Shown here in pieces: positions 39,058 through 49,363 of a DNA stretch of 64,000 bases. Source of the stretch: an uncultured Alphaproteobacteria bacterium. Its GTDB lineage: Bacteria > Pseudomonadota > Alphaproteobacteria > HIMB59 > GCA-002718135. The stretch covers positions 48,319 to 112,318 of the forward strand of contig CACOVJ010000001.1 of NCBI GenBank assembly GCA_902630465.1. Direction: 5' to 3'. The notes under the pieces are model-generated. The model was not told the DNA's origin, did not search any database, and saw nothing but the letters and a program-made list of their open reading frames with translations. Numbering within the stretch: position 1 is the first letter of the stretch; every line of letters begins with the position of its first letter. A program made the position numbers and the translations under genes.

Positions 39058-40083
39058 TTATTTGAATGTCTTTCTAGGATCTAAAGAATCTCTTATTGCT
39101 TCACCAACGAATACAAGTAGCCCAAGCATTAGACCTAATGTAAAAAAACTTGTTATACCAAGCCAAGGAGCTTGAAGATTATTTCTACCTTGATTTACCA
39201 TTTCCCCTAAAGAAGCTGAACCTGGAGGTAAACCAAAACCTAAAAAATCCAATCCGGATAATGCAGTAACTGAAGCACTTAAACTGAATGGAAGAAATGT
39301 AATTGTAGCAATAGTGGCATTTGGCAACATATGTCTTAACATTATTTTAGTATTAGATACCCCCAGTGCTTTTGCAGCTCTAATATAATCAAAGTTTCTT
39401 GCTCTGAGAAATTCAGCACGAACTACACCCACATATCCCATCCAACTAAAGAGAAGCAATATGAGTAATAACCACCAAAAATTAGGTTGTATTACACTTG
39501 CTAATATTATTAAAACATAAAGAGTTGGTATAGCAGACCAAACTTCCATAAATCTTTGAAAAAAAAGATCAGTTTTACCACCAAAATATCCTTGTATTGC
39601 TCCCGCAGTCACTCCTATTATCATCGAAAAAAAAGTTAAAGTAAAACCGAATAATACTGATATTCTAAAACCATATATCAACCTTGAAAGAACATCCCTT
39701 GCTTGATCATCAGTTCCTAACCAATTTTTATTTGATGGTGAAGAGGGAGCAGGAGAAGTAAGATCTCTAATAATTGTATTATATGAATATGGTATTAAAG
39801 GCATAATCATCCATCCTTTTTTTTCTATCAAATTCTTTACATATGGATCCTTGTAATCTGCTTCTGTTTCAAAATCCCCTCCAAATGTCGTTTCAGAATA
39901 AAAAGAAAAAATTGGGTAGTAAAAGTTTGAATTATATTTTACTAATAATGGTTTTTCATTTGCGATAAAATCTGCAAATAAAGAAACAATAAATAAAAAA
40001 CTGAATATCCAAAAAGAGTAGTAACCTCTTTTATTATTCTTGAAATTATTCAATCTCCTTTGATTAAGTTTCGATAATTTCAT
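39058..40083 (-). CDS. yejE: Peptide ABC transporter permease
   Basis: IANEKPL, ETTFGG, LGTDDQARDV, YGFRIS, RAEFLRAR and LDFLGFGLP motifs. Confidence 0.92.
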   Translation of the reverse strand: MKLSKLNQRRLNNFKNNKRGYYSFWIFSFLFIVSLFADFIANEKPLLVKYNSNFYYPIFSFYSETTFGGDFETEADYKDPYVKNLIEKKGWMIMPLIPYSYNTIIRDLTSPAPSSPSNKNWLGTDDQARDVLSRLIYGFRISVLFGFTLTFFSMIIGVTAGAIQGYFGGKTDLFFQRFMEVWSAIPTLYVLIILASVIQPNFWWLLLILLLFSWMGYVGVVRAEFLRARNFDYIRAAKALGVSNTKIMLRHMLPNATIATITFLPFSLSASVTALSGLDFLGFGLPPGSASLGEMVNQGRNNLQAPWLGITSFFTLGLMLGLLVFVGEAIRDSLDPRKTFK

Positions 40084-41184
40084 TTATCTAGACTCAAAAT
40101 CTATTCTTGGATCTATAATTGAATACATAAAATCACCAATGATACCCATAATTAATCCTAATAGAGAAAAAAAATAAAGAGTTGCAAATATAACAGGATA
40201 ATCTCTTGTTAGTGCTGCTTCATAGCCAAGAAGCCCTAAGCCATCTAAGGAAAATATTACCTCTATAAACAAAGAGCTTGAGAAAAGTATTCCAATGAAT
40301 GCTGATGGAAATCCAGCAATAACTATCAACATTGCATTTCTAAACACATGACCATATAGAACTTTTCTCTCACTTAAACCCTTAGATCTGGCTGTAATTA
40401 CATATTGTTGATTTACTTGGTCAAGAAAAGAATTTTTAGTCAAAAAAGTTAGTCCTGCAAAGCCACTAACAAGCATTGCAGTTAGTGGTAATGCTAAATG
40501 CCAGAAGTAATCAAGAATTTGTTGAAATAAATTTAATTCACTAAAATTTTCAGAAAATAATCCTCTAAGAGGAAAAATATCATAAAATCTTCCTCCAGCA
40601 AAAAAAACGATTAATATTACAGCAAATAAAAAATTTGGAATTGCATAACCAATTGTCACAATAGAACTTGAAACAATATCAAATTTTGAACCATCATTAA
40701 TAGCTTTCCTAATACCAAGAGGTATGGAAATTAAATATACCAATAAAGTTGTCCATAAGCCTAATGATATAGAGACTGGCATTTTATCTAAAACAATAGA
40801 GGTAACTTTTTGATCTCTAAAAAAACTTTCACCAAAATCAAATGTTAGATAATCTTTTAACATTTTTAAGAAACGTTGATGTGCAGGTTTATCCATTCCA
40901 TACATTTTCTCTATTTCTTTTATTATATCGGGATCTAAACCTTGCGCTCCACGATATTTACTATCGTTAACTGAACTAGAAACATTACTATTATATTCTA
41001 AAGTTTCTCCTTCACTACCACCCGAGAAACGGGCAGTTGAATCAATAGCTGTTCCAGTCATTTGAGCAATCATTTGTTCTACTGGCCCACCTGGAACAAT
41101 TTGAATGATCGCAAAATTGATTATCATTATCCCAAAAAGAGTTGGAATTATTAAAAGAAGTCTTTTTATTAAATAAACACCCAT
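40084..41184 (-). CDS. yejB: Peptide ABC transporter permease
   Basis: PGGPVEQ, YRGAQGLDP, FDFGESFF, TKNSFLD and DPRIDFESR motifs. Confidence 0.92.
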   Translation of the reverse strand: MGVYLIKRLLLIIPTLFGIMIINFAIIQIVPGGPVEQMIAQMTGTAIDSTARFSGGSEGETLEYNSNVSSSVNDSKYRGAQGLDPDIIKEIEKMYGMDKPAHQRFLKMLKDYLTFDFGESFFRDQKVTSIVLDKMPVSISLGLWTTLLVYLISIPLGIRKAINDGSKFDIVSSSIVTIGYAIPNFLFAVILIVFFAGGRFYDIFPLRGLFSENFSELNLFQQILDYFWHLALPLTAMLVSGFAGLTFLTKNSFLDQVNQQYVITARSKGLSERKVLYGHVFRNAMLIVIAGFPSAFIGILFSSSLFIEVIFSLDGLGLLGYEAALTRDYPVIFATLYFFSLLGLIMGIIGDFMYSIIDPRIDFESR

Positions 41185-41224
41185 GTTTGGGTTATTTTAT
41201 ATTATTTCTAATAAACTTTAATAA

Positions 41225-43051
41225 TTAGTTTGATGTTCTATTTGATTGAATTATTTCAAACTTACTCTGATTAATCCACCATGTATCAAAACCTAGGGAA
41301 TATTTTGGTTTTATTTTTGGTTGATCAAAAAAGTCCCAGTATAAAACTCTATAAGAGGAGATATGCCATTGAGGAATAACATAATAATTCCATAGAAGAA
41401 CACGATCAAGGGCTTTGGTTATCGTTATTAACTCTTCTCTATCACTGGCATTGATTAAACTTTCAATTAATCCATCTACAGCATAATTTTTTATACCTAC
41501 AACATTCCTAGAACCGTCAGTGTCTGCAGCATCAGATCCCCAAAAATTTCTTTGCTCATTGCCAGGTGATAATGATTGTGCAAATGTTTGTACGACCATG
41601 TCAAAGTCAAACGTTTCCATTCTTTTTTGATATTGTGCACTATCAATTGTTCTTACTTCTGCGACTATACCTAATTTCTCAAGGTTATCTTTAAAAGGAA
41701 AAACTATTCTTTCAAATGCTGGAGATCGTAATAAAATTTCAAACTTGAAGGGTTCCTTAGTATTAGAGTGTAAAAGTTTACCGTCGATTAATTCCCAGCC
41801 TGAGTCTTCTAAAAGCTTTGAAGCTTCCTGCAATTGCATTCTCATATAACCAGAACCATCTGTTACTGGATTCTTATATTCTTTAGAAAAAATTTCTTTT
41901 GGAAGCACATCAAAATAAGGATTTAAATATTCCATCTCTTTTTGTGAAGGAAGACCAGAAGACGCAAGTTCTGAATTTTCAAAAAAACTATCTGTCCTTT
42001 TGTATGCATCAAAGAATAAATTTTTATTAGACCATTCAAAATCAAAAGCATAAGAAATCGCTTTTCTTACTCTTCTATCTTTAAACTTATCCTTTCTGAT
42101 ATTAAAAGCAAAACCCTGCATTCCTTGCGGATTTTCATGACTTATTAATTTCTTCTTAATCAAACCTTCATTTACAGCATTTATATCATATGCAGTTGCC
42201 CATTCTTTTGATGAATTTTCAGAGAAGAAATCAATCTCACCAGATTTGAAAGCTTCTCTTTCAATACCTCTATCTTTATAATAATCATACCTGATTGTCT
42301 TGTAGTTATCTTTCCCAATTTTAATTGGTATTGATGCACCAAAACCCCAATAATTTTCATCTAATTCGTAAGTAATTGATCTTCCGCTATCAAATGATTT
42401 AATTTTATATGGCCCACTTCCAATTGGTATTTCTAAAGATGTTTCTTCAAAATTTTTGTTTTCCCAATAATGTTTTGGTAAAACAGGTAACTGTCCAACA
42501 ATTAATGCTAATTCTTTATTCGTGTTTGTTGTAAAATTAAATCTTACTTTATTTTCTTGTTCTTTAATTACTTCTTTTACATCACCATAATAGTACTTAT
42601 AAAATGGGTGACCTTTATCCATTAACGTATTAAAAGTCCAAACAACATCATCAGCTGTGATTTTTCTTCCATCGTGCCAATATGCTTCATTTCGTATTTT
42701 AAATGAAACCCAAGATCTATCATCTGGCCATTCAATGGTTTCTGCCAATAATCCATATTCTGTAAATGCCTCGTCACTTGATCCAGTCGTTAATGTTTCA
42801 TAAAGCCCTCCAATTCCAGCTGCCGAGGTACCCTTTAAAATAAAGGGATTGAAACTATCATAGTTTCCGATAGCACTCCTTATTATTGAACCACCTTTGA
42901 TTGCGTTTGGATTAATGTATTTAACATATTTAAAATCTTTTGAGTATTTAGGATCACCATGCATTGCAATTGCATGTGATATATTGGTATTTGCCTGTGC
43001 TTTAAATTGAAGAATTAGGGTAAATGTTAGGATTAAGGTGATTGTTTTCAT
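41225..43051 (-). CDS. yejA: Peptide ABC transporter substrate-binding protein
   Basis: Signal peptide, HAIAMHGDPKY, NPNAIKGG, GSGPY, AFDFEWSNK and SPGNEQ motifs. Confidence 0.92.
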   Translation of the reverse strand: MKTITLILTFTLILQFKAQANTNISHAIAMHGDPKYSKDFKYVKYINPNAIKGGSIIRSAIGNYDSFNPFILKGTSAAGIGGLYETLTTGSSDEAFTEYGLLAETIEWPDDRSWVSFKIRNEAYWHDGRKITADDVVWTFNTLMDKGHPFYKYYYGDVKEVIKEQENKVRFNFTTNTNKELALIVGQLPVLPKHYWENKNFEETSLEIPIGSGPYKIKSFDSGRSITYELDENYWGFGASIPIKIGKDNYKTIRYDYYKDRGIEREAFKSGEIDFFSENSSKEWATAYDINAVNEGLIKKKLISHENPQGMQGFAFNIRKDKFKDRRVRKAISYAFDFEWSNKNLFFDAYKRTDSFFENSELASSGLPSQKEMEYLNPYFDVLPKEIFSKEYKNPVTDGSGYMRMQLQEASKLLEDSGWELIDGKLLHSNTKEPFKFEILLRSPAFERIVFPFKDNLEKLGIVAEVRTIDSAQYQKRMETFDFDMVVQTFAQSLSPGNEQRNFWGSDAADTDGSRNVVGIKNYAVDGLIESLINASDREELITITKALDRVLLWNYYVIPQWHISSYRVLYWDFFDQPKIKPKYSLGFDTWWINQSKFEIIQSNRTSN

Positions 43052-43092
43052 ATTAATAATATATGTCTATTTATTAAAAATTAAAATAAATT

Positions 43093-43866
43093 TTAGTTTA
43101 TTAATTTAATTATTTCATCATGAAGAGAACTTGTACTAGATGCAACTAAACTTCCGCCTGACTCTAAAGAAATCTCTCTCCCAAATTTATCAGTAATTAT
43201 TCCACCGGCTCCTTCAATCACATTTACAAGAGCCATATAATCGTGTGCTTTTAAAGTATCTTCTAAAACAACATCAATTAAACCTGAAGCTAACATTCCA
43301 TACATGTAACAGTCACCTCCAAGTCTATAGTATCTTGACTTTTCTTTTAGTAATTCTAACCCCTGTCTAATTTGAGGCTCTTGAAAATATAGTCCGGACG
43401 TAAAAAGATAGGCATCTTTTATTTCTTTAATTGCACTAGTTTGAATATCTTTTCCGTTACATTTTGTTCTTTCATTTTTTACTCCTATCCACCTTTCATT
43501 GTGAGCCGGACAATTAATAATTCCTAAAACTGGTTTTTTGTTGTGAAGTAGAGCAATTAGATTACCAAAATCTTTATGTCCTGCTATATAGCTTCTTGTA
43601 CCGTCAATAGGATCTATCACCCATATAAATTCTGAGTCTATCTTTTCATTTTCGAACTCTTCGCCTAAAATTCCATGTTCGGGATATACTTTTCTAATTT
43701 GTTCTCTTAATACTTGTTCTGTTTCTTTGTCTGCTAAAGTCACAGGACTCTCATCATCTTTAATTTCTATTTCAATTTTATTTCTAAAATAATGCATTGA
43801 TGTTTTAGACGCATAATCAGCTAAAGAGTTTGCAAATTTTGTAAACTCTGCTGTTTTTAAGTTCAT
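43093..43866 (-). CDS. hisN: Inositol monophosphatase family protein, probable histidinol-phosphatase
   Basis: SPVTLAD, GEE, WVIDPIDGT, GGDCYMY and EGAGG motifs. The family is secure; the substrate is inferred. Confidence 0.75.
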   Translation of the reverse strand: MNLKTAEFTKFANSLADYASKTSMHYFRNKIEIEIKDDESPVTLADKETEQVLREQIRKVYPEHGILGEEFENEKIDSEFIWVIDPIDGTRSYIAGHKDFGNLIALLHNKKPVLGIINCPAHNERWIGVKNERTKCNGKDIQTSAIKEIKDAYLFTSGLYFQEPQIRQGLELLKEKSRYYRLGGDCYMYGMLASGLIDVVLEDTLKAHDYMALVNVIEGAGGIITDKFGREISLESGGSLVASSTSSLHDEIIKLIN

Positions 43867-43875
43867 TTTTTCTGT

Positions 43876-44421
43876 TTATGGAAGTGGTGCAGGATTATCT
43901 GAATGTTCTCTAAGGAAATAGACTAAGTCTGCTCTATCTTTAACTTTTTTCAAACCAGCAAAATTCATTTTTGTTCCCTTAATATATTTTTTTGGTTTAT
44001 ATAAAAATTCTGCTAATTCTTCATATCCCCATTCGCCACCATACTCTGCAAGAGCTTTTGAATAAGCAAAGCCCTCTACATTGGCTTTTGGACGATTAAT
44101 TAAATTCCAGAGTTGAGGCCCAACTTTATTTGCGCCACCTTTCTCATAATTATGACATGTTGCACATTTTTTAAATAATTTTTCTCCATTTTCTAGTGAG
44201 GCACTGGCAAGTAAGGCTGAAATAGGCTCTATTACTTCTTCTTTTTTTGCAACAACCTCATCACCCGTTGGAGCATCTGGAACATCGATTTTATAAGCCG
44301 TTTCTTTTTCATCATGATGCTCAATGTCTATGAGTAAATCACCAAAATGACCAATTAATGTAACAACTAATACAGCAAATATAATTGATGCTAAAATTTT
44401 GTTAACTTCAAGTCCAGACAT
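43876..44421 (-). CDS. cycM: Membrane-anchored class I cytochrome c (CycM/c552-like)
   Basis: N-terminal TM helix (E.NKI), CATCH heme motif, GPQLW and GTKM axial Met; divergent from kdsB as in other alphaproteobacteria. Confidence 0.88.
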   Translation of the reverse strand: MSGLEVNKILASIIFAVLVVTLIGHFGDLLIDIEHHDEKETAYKIDVPDAPTGDEVVAKKEEVIEPISALLASASLENGEKLFKKCATCHNYEKGGANKVGPQLWNLINRPKANVEGFAYSKALAEYGGEWGYEELAEFLYKPKKYIKGTKMNFAGLKKVKDRADLVYFLREHSDNPAPLP

Positions 44422-44512
44422 GTATAAATATATATACAGATTTTTTTTAGAAATGAATACAATAGTAATTAATAGGAATTTTAAAATTTATAGCCTAATT
44501 GTCGCATAATTA

Positions 44513-45247
44513 ATGAAAAGCATTATTATAATCCCATCAAGAATGGCCTCCACACGTTTCCCAGGTAAACCACTTGTAAAGATCCATGGTATCCCAATGA
44601 TACAAAGGGTCTGGCAACAAGCAATCAATGCAGATTTAGCTGATGTATATGTAGCTTGTTCTGAAACGGAAGTTTATGATTTAATTACAAGTGTTGGAGG
44701 AAAGGCTATATTAACTGATCCTAATCTTCCATCAGGTACCGACAGGATTTACTCTGCTTTTAACCAAATAAAAAATTCATCTGAAATAGAGTGTGTTATA
44801 AATCTGCAAGGCGATATGCCGATGATAAAATCAGAACACATTCGAAAAGTTATAGAGCCAATTAAACATAATTTTTCATTAGGAACATTAGTAACCACTT
44901 TACAAGATAATGAAAAATCAAATCCTAATGTTACTAAGGCTTTAATTGATTGGAAAGATAATTCTTTAGGTCAAGCTGTAGAATTTTTTAGATTAAAAAA
45001 TAAAATAAATAATAATACATTTCATCATGTTGGAATTTATAGTTATTCAGTTGAAACTTTAAAAAAATTTGTAATTTTACCAAAATCAAAAAACGAAATA
45101 TCTTTGAATCTTGAACAATATCGAGCGATGGATGCTGGAATAAGTATTGGTGTAATTTATGTTCCAGAAATTCCACCAAGTATTGATACAAAAGAAGATT
45201 TAATTAAGGTTGAAAGTATTATAAGAGCATATTATGAAAAAGATTAA
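44513..45247 (+). CDS. kdsB: 3-deoxy-manno-octulosonate cytidylyltransferase
   Basis: IPSRMASTRFPGKPL, SGTDR, NLQGD, HVGIY and LEQYRA motifs. Confidence 0.94.
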   Translation: MKSIIIIPSRMASTRFPGKPLVKIHGIPMIQRVWQQAINADLADVYVACSETEVYDLITSVGGKAILTDPNLPSGTDRIYSAFNQIKNSSEIECVINLQGDMPMIKSEHIRKVIEPIKHNFSLGTLVTTLQDNEKSNPNVTKALIDWKDNSLGQAVEFFRLKNKINNNTFHHVGIYSYSVETLKKFVILPKSKNEISLNLEQYRAMDAGISIGVIYVPEIPPSIDTKEDLIKVESIIRAYYEKD

Positions 45248-46076
45248 TTCATTTTCTTTTCAAGGTGTAAATGGTGCTTATAGTGAACTTGCTGGAAAGA
45301 ATCTCTATCCTGACGCTGAAAGTTATCCATGTTCAACATTTGAAGATATGTTCGAACAAGTTAGAAATGGTAATGCTGATGCTGCAATGGTTCCAATTGA
45401 AAATTCTTTAGCGGGAAGAGTAGCAGATACTCAAAGACTTATTCCTGAATCAAATTTAAAAATTACTTCTGAATACTTCTTAGAGGTAAATCATAATCTG
45501 ATGTGCATTAAAGGATCCAAAATTTCAGATATTAAAAGAATTCATAGTCATGAACAAGGTATTGCTCAGTGTAGAAACAAAATCATTAAATTAAAGAAAG
45601 AAATGGTTGTTGAGGCAGATACTGCAGGTTCAGCCAAACTAATTTCTGAAATTAATAATAAGGAAGATGCAGCAATAGCATCAGAGCTAGCTGCTAACAT
45701 ATATAATTTGGAAATTCTTGAATCAAATTTCCAGGATTTATCAAATAACGTGACAAGATTTTTAGTTATGAGAAATCATCTAGAAGATATTGATTCAAGT
45801 TCTGACAAAATTATTACAACATTAGTTTTTAATGTTAGAAGTATACCTGCAGCTCTTTATAAATGCCTAGGAGGTTTTGCCAGTAATGGAGTCAATATAA
45901 CTAAACTTGAAAGTTATGTTCATCCCCAAGGATTTGATGTTGCTCAGTTTTATATAGATTTTGAAGGACATCCAGACAATCCCTCAGTTAAATTAGCATT
46001 AGAAGAAATGAAATTTTTCTGTAAACACCTAAAAATCCTTGGTGTATATGAGAAATCTAGCTTTAGAAAAAAATAG
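45234..46076 (+). CDS. pheA: Prephenate dehydratase
   Basis: FQGVNGAYSE, PIENS, NVTRF, ACT domain PAALYK and KLESY. Confidence 0.93.
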   Translation: MKKINSFSFQGVNGAYSELAGKNLYPDAESYPCSTFEDMFEQVRNGNADAAMVPIENSLAGRVADTQRLIPESNLKITSEYFLEVNHNLMCIKGSKISDIKRIHSHEQGIAQCRNKIIKLKKEMVVEADTAGSAKLISEINNKEDAAIASELAANIYNLEILESNFQDLSNNVTRFLVMRNHLEDIDSSSDKIITTLVFNVRSIPAALYKCLGGFASNGVNITKLESYVHPQGFDVAQFYIDFEGHPDNPSVKLALEEMKFFCKHLKILGVYEKSSFRKK

Positions 46077-46130
46077 TTTAATTTTTAAAAGTGTAGTTAG
46101 GTTTTTTTTACATTAATGTTATATTATGTG

Positions 46131-46220
46131 GGGAAGGTTAGAGGGCAATCAATTTGCTAACTCAGTCAGGTCTGAAAAGAAGCAGCTGTAACAAAACTGT
46201 TTGGGTCTCATAACCTTCCT
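46131..46220 (+). ncRNA. ffs: Signal recognition particle 4.5S RNA
   Basis: Terminal stem GGAAGGTTA...TAACCTTCC enclosing the helix-8 motif TCAGGTCT-GAAA-AGAAGCAGC; immediately upstream of dnaX, the usual alphaproteobacterial position. Confidence 0.9.
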
Positions 46221-46227
46221 AATTTTT

Positions 46228-47916
46228 ATGCAAGAAATTAAAGAATATAGAGTTTTAGCTAGAAAGTATAGACCACAAAAGTTTAATGAACTTGTCGGAC
46301 AAGATTTATTAGTTCAAATTTTAACTAGCGCTATTACAAACGACAGACTAGCCCATGCCTATGTTCTTACTGGTGTTAGAGGAGTAGGTAAGACTACAAC
46401 TGCAAGGCTTATAGCCATGAGTATCAACTGTCTTAAAAGAGATAAAAAAAGTTCTGAGCCCTGTGGTGAATGTGATTCTTGCAAATCAACAGGTATTGAT
46501 AGTAATTTAGATGTCATTGAGATGGATGCTGCATCAAATACAGGAGTTGATGACGTAAGAGAAATCATTGATAATGTAAAATATAAGCCAGTATTAGGAA
46601 AGTATAAAATATTTATAATAGATGAAGTACATATGCTTTCAAAAAGTGCTTTTAATGCATTGCTTAAAACACTTGAGGAGCCTCCAGAACATGTGAAGTT
46701 TATATTTGCTACAACTGAAGTAAAAAAAATACCAATAACAGTTTTATCTAGATGTCAGAGGTTCGACTTACTTAGAATTGAAAATAAAATCTTAATTGAG
46801 CATTTATCCAATATTGTAAAAAAAGAAAATATTGAAATTGACAATGATGCTTTATCACTAATTGTAAGATCATCTGATGGTTCTATCAGGGATGGCCTAA
46901 GTCTTCTTGATCAGGCTTTAACAATAGAAAACGTAAAGATTGACTCAAAGATAATTATAAAAATGTTAGGATTAACTGAAAGAGATAAAATATTTGATTT
47001 ACTAGAAAAAATTTTATCTGGAGACTCTGAAAAAGCACTTAGCCTTTACAGGCGTTTGTATGATTTAGGATCAGATGTGATTATGATATTTGATGAATTG
47101 ATAAATGTGGTTCACTTTTTAACTCAAATTAAGATAGCGCCTAAACTAAAAGATAATATTTATATACCAGAAATTGAAAGAACTAGAGGCTTAGAGCTAT
47201 CATCTAAAATGACTTTAAATAACCTCAATATTATTTGGCAAATACTTTTCAAAGGATACGAAGAATTACAAAAAGGTTTTCATATTTATCAGCATGGTGA
47301 AATGATAATTTTAAGAATAATTTATTTATTTGAAGGTTCTAGTCCAGACGATCTTTTAAAAAAAATTGAAGAAAAGGACAAACACACTGATTCTATCAAT
47401 GTAAATAAATCTGATAATGATAGTTCTATTGATCAAAACAAAGTAATAAATTTCCAAAAAAATATATTAAATAATGACAGAAAAGTTTCCAATAGTAATT
47501 CTAAAGAAATTTTAAATTTTAGGCAATTTGTTGAAATGTTTTTTAAAAACAGAGAAGGAATCTTACATTCAAAATTATATAATGAGGTTACTTTAATATC
47601 ATTTAAGGATGGTGAAGTTGTGCTCAATACAGAAAAAATTTCAGATAAGACATTTAATAAAAATGTTTCAAAATTAATATCGAAATGGACAGGAAGAATT
47701 TGGCAAGTTAACTCTTCAACAAGTAATTTAGGAAAAAGTTTATTTGAAGAAGATATTATTAATCAGCAAAAAGAAATTGAATTGATGAAAAATAATACTG
47801 AAGTAAAAAAAATTCTTGAAGAGTTTCCTGAAAGTAGAATACACTCTATTTCTGAATTAACTAATGTTAATGAGGATAAAGAGGTTACAACTTTAAGTGT
47901 GAAAAAGGAGAAATAA
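46228..47916 (+). CDS. dnaX: DNA polymerase III subunit gamma/tau
   Basis: LARKYRP, GVRGVGKTT, DAAS, DEVHML, KTLEEPP and SRCQ motifs. ATG at 46228; the track's TTG at 46201 lies inside ffs. Confidence 0.97.
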   Translation: MQEIKEYRVLARKYRPQKFNELVGQDLLVQILTSAITNDRLAHAYVLTGVRGVGKTTTARLIAMSINCLKRDKKSSEPCGECDSCKSTGIDSNLDVIEMDAASNTGVDDVREIIDNVKYKPVLGKYKIFIIDEVHMLSKSAFNALLKTLEEPPEHVKFIFATTEVKKIPITVLSRCQRFDLLRIENKILIEHLSNIVKKENIEIDNDALSLIVRSSDGSIRDGLSLLDQALTIENVKIDSKIIIKMLGLTERDKIFDLLEKILSGDSEKALSLYRRLYDLGSDVIMIFDELINVVHFLTQIKIAPKLKDNIYIPEIERTRGLELSSKMTLNNLNIIWQILFKGYEELQKGFHIYQHGEMIILRIIYLFEGSSPDDLLKKIEEKDKHTDSINVNKSDNDSSIDQNKVINFQKNILNNDRKVSNSNSKEILNFRQFVEMFFKNREGILHSKLYNEVTLISFKDGEVVLNTEKISDKTFNKNVSKLISKWTGRIWQVNSSTSNLGKSLFEEDIINQQKEIELMKNNTEVKKILEEFPESRIHSISELTNVNEDKEVTTLSVKKEK

Positions 47917-48239
47917 TGGTTAACTTTGGAAATATGATGAAGCAAGCACAGCAACTGCAAAAAAAAATGGCTGAAGCACAAGATAAACTTAATGAAATAG
48001 AAGTAGAAGGTGTTTCTGGCGGAGGGCTAGTTAAGGTTATTGCAACTGCTAAAGGTGTATTCAAAAGAATTAAAATAGATGATAGTTTGTTAAAAACAGA
48101 TGAAAAAGAGATTTTAGAAGATTTAATTGTAGCTGCTAATAATGATGCAAAACAAAAGGGTGAGCTTGTTGCACAAGAAGAGATGAAATCACTAACAGGT
48201 GGTTTACCTTTGCCACCCGGTATAAAATTACCATTTTAG
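47916..48239 (+). CDS. ybaB: YbaB/EbfC nucleoid-associated protein
   Basis: MMKQAQ, SGGGLV, LEDLIVAA and LPPGIKLPF motifs; dnaX-ybaB-recR order. Confidence 0.95.
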   Translation: MVNFGNMMKQAQQLQKKMAEAQDKLNEIEVEGVSGGGLVKVIATAKGVFKRIKIDDSLLKTDEKEILEDLIVAANNDAKQKGELVAQEEMKSLTGGLPLPPGIKLPF

Positions 48240-48242
48240 TTT

Positions 48243-48842
48243 ATGGAGCAATCTCCAATAGATAAATTAATAAATGACATATCAAAACTCCCTGGTTTGG
48301 GACTACGATCTGCTCAAAGAATTGCTTTATTTCTTTTAAAAAATAAAGATAAAAACTTATCACCTTTAATTGAAAGTCTTAATATTTCTTATGATAAGAT
48401 AATTGAGTGTAATTATTGTGGTAATATTGATGTGCAAGATCCATGTAATATTTGCTCAAATATAACTAGGGATAAATCAACAATATGTATTATAGAAGAC
48501 GTATCAGATTTATGGACCTTGGAGAAAGTTGGCTTTTACAGAGGTCTATATCATGTACTAGGTGGATCACTATCGGCTATACAAGGTATTGGTACAGATG
48601 AATTAAAATTACAACATTTTTTAAAAAGAATCGAAACGAATGATATTAAAGAAATTATACTTGCTTTAAGCACAACAATGGAAGGGCAAACAACTTCTTT
48701 TGTCATTGCAGATAAATTAGAGAAATATAAAAATATTAATGTAACCCGTTTAGCACAAGGTATACCTATGGGTGGAGAAGTTCATTATCTTGATGAAAAT
48801 ACATTGAGTACAGCTTTTCAATCTAGAAAAAAAATTACCTAA
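48243..48842 (+). CDS. recR: Recombination mediator RecR
   Basis: LPGLGLRSAQR HhH, C4 zinc finger, YHVLGG, EGQTT and GIPMGGE. Confidence 0.96.
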   Translation: MEQSPIDKLINDISKLPGLGLRSAQRIALFLLKNKDKNLSPLIESLNISYDKIIECNYCGNIDVQDPCNICSNITRDKSTICIIEDVSDLWTLEKVGFYRGLYHVLGGSLSAIQGIGTDELKLQHFLKRIETNDIKEIILALSTTMEGQTTSFVIADKLEKYKNINVTRLAQGIPMGGEVHYLDENTLSTAFQSRKKIT

Positions 48843-48847
48843 TAACG

Positions 48848-49363
48848 ATGGAAAAATTACTTTATGTACCAAATCCACTTTTACGTCAAAAATCAGAAGA
48901 GATAAGATCTGTAGGAAAAAATGAATTAAAATTAGCAGATAAAATGAGAGAAATTATGGTAAAAGCACCAGGTGTTGGCTTAGCAGCAAATCAAATTGGC
49001 GTATTAAAACAGATAGTAACAATTTCTTTTGTTGATCAGAAAACAAAAAATGAAGTTAATTACAATTTATTTAATCCAAAAATAATTTCATATTCTAAAG
49101 AAAAAATTTTAATGGAAGAGGGATGTTTATCACTGCCTGAACAATACGCAGAAATAGAAAGGCCTAAAATAATTAATGTTCAATACTTAAATGATAAAAA
49201 TAAATTAATAAGTAAAGAAGTTGATGGAGTCGAAGCAAGAATTCTACAACATGAAATAGACCATCTTTCTGGAAAATTATTTGTAGATTATCTTTCTTCT
49301 TTAAAAAGAAATATTATTATTAAAAAAGTAAAAAAATATTTAAAAAAATATGATCAAAGATAA
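48848..49363 (+). CDS. def: Peptide deformylase
   Basis: GVGLAANQ, EGCLS and QHEIDH motifs. Confidence 0.97.
   Translation: MEKLLYVPNPLLRQKSEEIRSVGKNELKLADKMREIMVKAPGVGLAANQIGVLKQIVTISFVDQKTKNEVNYNLFNPKIISYSKEKILMEEGCLSLPEQYAEIERPKIINVQYLNDKNKLISKEVDGVEARILQHEIDHLSGKLFVDYLSSLKRNIIIKKVKKYLKKYDQR

Noticed and set aside
46201..46227. Extended dnaX N-terminus from TTG 46201
   Set aside because: It lies within the 3' stem of the SRP RNA; ATG 46228 gives the normal N-terminus.
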